Shown in pieces: positions 61,337 to 64,000 of a DNA stretch of 64,000 nucleotides. Each line of letters begins with the position of its first letter. Within the stretch, counting starts at the first letter, position 1. Made by a program: the position numbers and the translations under genes. Origin of the DNA: an uncultured Clostridia bacterium (lineage in GTDB: Bacteria > Bacillota > Clostridia > Oscillospirales > Ruminococcaceae); NCBI GenBank assembly GCA_947624345.1, contig CANQJW010000001.1, forward strand, positions 21,499 through 85,498, in the 5' to 3' direction. The notes below the pieces were generated by a model that did not search any database, was not told the origin of the DNA, and saw only the letters and a program-made list of their open reading frames with translations.

Positions 61337-61567
61337 AATATAACATTTATTACTTCACGAAATTGCAGATTTTACAATGAGGGTCTGGAAGAACTATGCC
61401 GCGCTGAGTGTGATTATATAAAAAACACTCAGCTTGATGACGGCTCGTTCTATGTACCATGGCAATGGTGCAACTACAAGGAGTGGTACGTAGCAGAAAA
61501 CTGGTGTAAATCTACTATTACCATTGAGAATATGCTGTTTCTGCGGGAGTTTGAATCTTCGGTGTGA
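61337..61567 (+). pseudogene. Start-less C-terminal gene remnant (unknown family)
   Basis: A 76-codon open frame begins right after a TAG at 61334 and has no usable start codon. It reads ...LCRAECDYIKNTQLDDGSFYVPWQWCNYKEWYVAENWCKSTITIENMLFLREF*, which looks like a real protein C-terminus (Trp/Tyr-rich, QxxDGSF-like repeat motif). Confidence 0.4.
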
Positions 61568-61704
61568 TGTTTGCTTTGAAATGCAAAAATATAGAAAAAG
61601 CAATCCGAATCTATGATGATTTGTTTGTGTACAGAGGTTTGAGTGAGGAGGATTTGAAAAATTATTTTCTCGTAGCGCAATATGTAGATTTGATAAAGAG
61701 ATAA
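61567..61704 (+). CDS. Small ORF (45 aa) translationally coupled to the remnant; possibly also a fragment
   Basis: Its ATG overlaps the remnant stop (TGATG). Peptide MFALKCKNIEKAIRIYDDLFVYRGLSEEDLKNYFLVAQYVDLIKR is helical-looking. No SD of its own. Confidence 0.25.
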   Translation: MFALKCKNIEKAIRIYDDLFVYRGLSEEDLKNYFLVAQYVDLIKR

Positions 61705-61779
61705 ATTCCCGTTTATCGAAATAAGCTAACAAAAAAACTCCCCACCGTCGATGTGGTGGTAGAGTTGGAGGAATAATGT

Positions 61780-62127
61780 ATGTCAACAAGTAAAGAATAT
61801 TTGAGCTTTTTATTAGAGCAGTTGTCCTCTCTTGACGGAATATCGTACCGTATGATGATGGGTGAATACTTAATATATTACCACGGTAAGGTTGCCGCTT
61901 ATATTTGTGACGGACGTTTTTTGGTTAAACCTGTTCCATCGGCAATAAAAATGCTGCCTGAGGCTGAATATGATGCAATAAGTGAAGGCGGCAGAAAAAA
62001 ACTACTTCGAGTTGATGACGTTGATAATAGAGAACTTTTAACAGATCTTTTTATGGCAATGTATGATGAGTTACCCGAATCAAAACCCAAAAAGAAGAAA
62101 AAGGCAAATAAAAACTCATCGGAATAA
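61780..62127 (+). CDS. TfoX N-terminal domain family protein
   Basis: 115 aa. L.EQL..L..I..R.MMGEY.IYY.GK....ICD..F.VK pattern typical of the TfoX/Sxy N-domain. Lys-rich tail KPKKKKKANK. GGAGGA SD. Confidence 0.65.
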   Translation: MSTSKEYLSFLLEQLSSLDGISYRMMMGEYLIYYHGKVAAYICDGRFLVKPVPSAIKMLPEAEYDAISEGGRKKLLRVDDVDNRELLTDLFMAMYDELPESKPKKKKKANKNSSE

Positions 62128-62182
62128 AAAGTGAGGAGTTAGCATTTTTCTGTTTGTATCAAAATAATCAACAACATAGAAC

Positions 62183-63226
62183 CTACTTTTCAAGTGGGTT
62201 CTTTTCTTTTGTAAGGATCAGTATAAACATCATAATAACCATAAGTATAGCAGGGAGATAGCTTTTTGCATTGGTAAAATCTATAACTTTTCCGTTTATA
62301 TATGTTTGTGCTGCGTTTACTTGATAATTTACATTGCATATCCCTGTTATTATTCTGGTAAATGCCGCAGATAAAAATACAGCAGGAATTCTTGAAATTA
62401 TAAGATATTTGAGAGATACGCCTTCCGATAAAGCTTTAAGCTGAAATAAAACACAAACTCCGCCGAATGAAATAAACGCTGATATGATAGGAATTATATC
62501 ATAGCTTATATACATATCAATAACATTCGTTATTTCCAAAAGTGGCAGAATATTAAATTTAATAAACTCAAATACATTCAGCCCTTTTAAAATTCCTATT
62601 ATTGACGCAAAAAGAAGTATCATAGCACAAATCATAAACATACTTTTTGAAGCGTTTTGAACTGAATCAACAATAGAAACTTTTGGTTTTGCTGACGCTC
62701 TATCTTGTATTTTCGGCATTTCCACTAAATGATTTAAAAATATTGCAATTACACAGTTTGATAAAAAATTTGCAAAAAATATAATGAATCCTATTGCCTG
62801 AGAGGAAAACATCGTAACTCCAACCAGTCCCACAACAAATGAAGGTCCTGACGCATAGCAATAACAGGACATCAACTCAGCTGTAAATTTGCTGATTTTT
62901 CCCTGACTGTATAAGTTATTAAGAAGTTTATATCCGATTGGATATCCGCAGATATTACCCAATAGAAAGACAAAGAACAGATTACTATCCATTTTAAACA
63001 CATATCTTGATATAAGTGAAAAAGGCTTGCAGATAATTTTATAGCACTCTGACTTTAAAACCAAATCAGAAAAAACCATAAATGAAAATAATGACGGAAT
63101 AATTACCGATAGACATCTATTCAACGCTGTTATAATCTCATTTGAAACCTGATCAGACATTACTATCAATAGGATTCCGAAAATCAAAATACAAATATAT
63201 ATTATATAATTTTTTAGTTTTGTCAT
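62183..63226 (-). CDS. ylbJ: Sporulation integral membrane protein YlbJ
   Basis: Polytopic protein with IIPSLFSFMVFS and GNICGYPIGYKL motifs like YlbJ (nucleoside-recognition-type domains). Start at the ATG after an AAGGAG SD. Confidence 0.75.
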   Translation of the reverse strand: MTKLKNYIIYICILIFGILLIVMSDQVSNEIITALNRCLSVIIPSLFSFMVFSDLVLKSECYKIICKPFSLISRYVFKMDSNLFFVFLLGNICGYPIGYKLLNNLYSQGKISKFTAELMSCYCYASGPSFVVGLVGVTMFSSQAIGFIIFFANFLSNCVIAIFLNHLVEMPKIQDRASAKPKVSIVDSVQNASKSMFMICAMILLFASIIGILKGLNVFEFIKFNILPLLEITNVIDMYISYDIIPIISAFISFGGVCVLFQLKALSEGVSLKYLIISRIPAVFLSAAFTRIITGICNVNYQVNAAQTYINGKVIDFTNAKSYLPAILMVIMMFILILTKEKNPLEK

Positions 63227-63352
63227 TAAGTTTACTCCTTTTGAATATAAGAGTATGCGCAATTTTAAGTTAATAAATGTATATGTCAGTCAAAATTATA
63301 ATATAATTTATTAGTTTAAATTTTTGTACAACTCTAAACGGAGAGAATCATT

Positions 63353-63625
63353 ATGAAACATTTAAAACATAATAGTTTTTTAGGCGAGGTTACGGGAACA
63401 GCATCTAATATAAATATTTACGGGACAAAAAAAGTAGTGATAGAAAGCTTCAAGAAAATATTAGAATGTAATGAGTCGCTTATTATAATAAAGACCTGTG
63501 ATAGCAGAATAAGTATATGGGGAAATGAGCTTGTACTTACTTCGTATTCATCTGGGTTTGCTGAAATAACGGGCAATATAGACAGAATTGAAATTGATGA
63601 TAAAAAGAATAAAACAGTCAGATAA
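63353..63625 (+). CDS. yqfC: Sporulation protein YqfC (YabP family)
   Basis: 90 aa. I.I.G.KKV.IE..K.I.E.....I.I.......I.G..L.......E..I.G.I..IE pattern. Immediately followed by yqfD. Confidence 0.8.
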   Translation: MKHLKHNSFLGEVTGTASNINIYGTKKVVIESFKKILECNESLIIIKTCDSRISIWGNELVLTSYSSGFAEITGNIDRIEIDDKKNKTVR

Positions 63626-63642
63626 TTTTAGGAGTGAACAGA

Positions 63643-64000
63643 GTGGCGCTTAGCTTTTTATTTGGAACAACTGATATAGTGATAAAATGTGATAATACAA
63701 TCGGTCTGATAAATGAGTTTTCAAAGCGTAATATTTCAATAAAAAAGATAACCTCAAAAAGCGGAGAAACAAAAATATCAGTTTCTTTTCTATTAGTTAA
63801 AACTGTAAAGGATATTTGCAAAAAAAAGAATTATGAATTAGTTTCTGAAAAGTCTAAGGGCTTACTTCCCAGATTTTATAGATATAGACTCAGATACGGA
63901 ATAATAGCTGGTGTATTGATGTCACTAATACTAATATTTATACTTTCAAATATAGTGATGCAGATTAAAATAACAGGAGGGAATGACGAGCTTGAACAAG
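63643..64000 (+). CDS. yqfD: Sporulation protein YqfD, N-terminal part (runs off the window end)
   Basis: GTG start 7 nt after an AGGAGTG SD, open to nt 64000. RYRLRYGIIAGVLMSLILIFILSNIVMQIKITGGN matches the YqfD TM/GN signature. Absent from the ORF track because it has no stop in the window. Confidence 0.75.
   Translation, partial: MALSFLFGTTDIVIKCDNTIGLINEFSKRNISIKKITSKSGETKISVSFLLVKTVKDICKKKNYELVSEKSKGLLPRFYRYRLRYGIIAGVLMSLILIFILSNIVMQIKITGGNDELEQ

Noticed and set aside
61394-61789. Minus-strand 131-aa ORF (and nested 61474..61680) covering the gatB-tfoX gap.
   Set aside because: The translation (MLTYIIPPTLPPHRRWGVF...) has no recognisable features and no SD. It overlaps the TfoX start region. 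The plus-strand remnant frames give much more protein-like sequence.
63293-63309. Perfect AT-only palindrome AAATTATA-A-TATAATTT between ylbJ and yqfC, giving back-to-back TATAAT hexamers.
   Set aside because: It is low-complexity AT sequence. Neither hexamer has a plausible -35, and both flanking genes are expected to use sporulation sigma factors rather than SigA.

Overview
This is a dense, mostly plus-strand core-chromosome segment from a low-GC, endospore-forming Firmicute. The gene order looks Clostridia-like, but the taxon is inference only. I recognise about 66 protein genes, nearly all housekeeping or sporulation functions. In order they are: yugP-like (partial), rsmB-rlmN-stp-prkC-rsgA-thiN-spoVM, an M50 protease, rplS-lepB-[orphan]-rbgA-rnhB-yraN, thrC, a DUF1540 gene, a metallophosphoesterase, tig-clpP-clpX, metA and mnmA (minus strand), glyA, rarA, an S1-domain gene (minus), DUF951-prfA-tsaC-coaE-SLT-M18 aminopeptidase, spoIIGA-sigE-hsp20-sigG, T-box-tyrS, dnaD/dnaI-like (minus), miaB-ylbF-like-mutS-mutL-miaA-hfq, HlyD-like-yggS-sepF-ylmH-divIVA-ileS-lspA-rluD, a Cof hydrolase, split transketolase, yunB, ligA, gatCAB, a decayed locus plus a TfoX-like gene, ylbJ (minus), and yqfC-yqfD (partial). 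I saw no rRNA, tRNA, CRISPR array, transposase, integrase or recognisable defence or toxin module. I do not find a convincing new multi-gene system; by eye this is an ordinary core region. The leads most worth a second look are: (1) an AT-rich orphan gene with ankyrin-like repeat ends inserted into the rplS-lepB-rbgA-rnhB operon; (2) a near-perfect CIRCE operator plus an extra half-site controlling an hsp20 gene that splits sigE from sigG; (3) an unannotated 28-codon spoVM; (4) a very Cys-rich DUF1540 protein next to an intergenic region packed with four inverted repeats; (5) a gene-remnant scar downstream of gatB. Many ORF-track starts were trimmed to the start codon with the better Shine-Dalgarno (SD) sequence or N-terminal alignment. 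All family calls rest on motif recognition from memory, not database searches.
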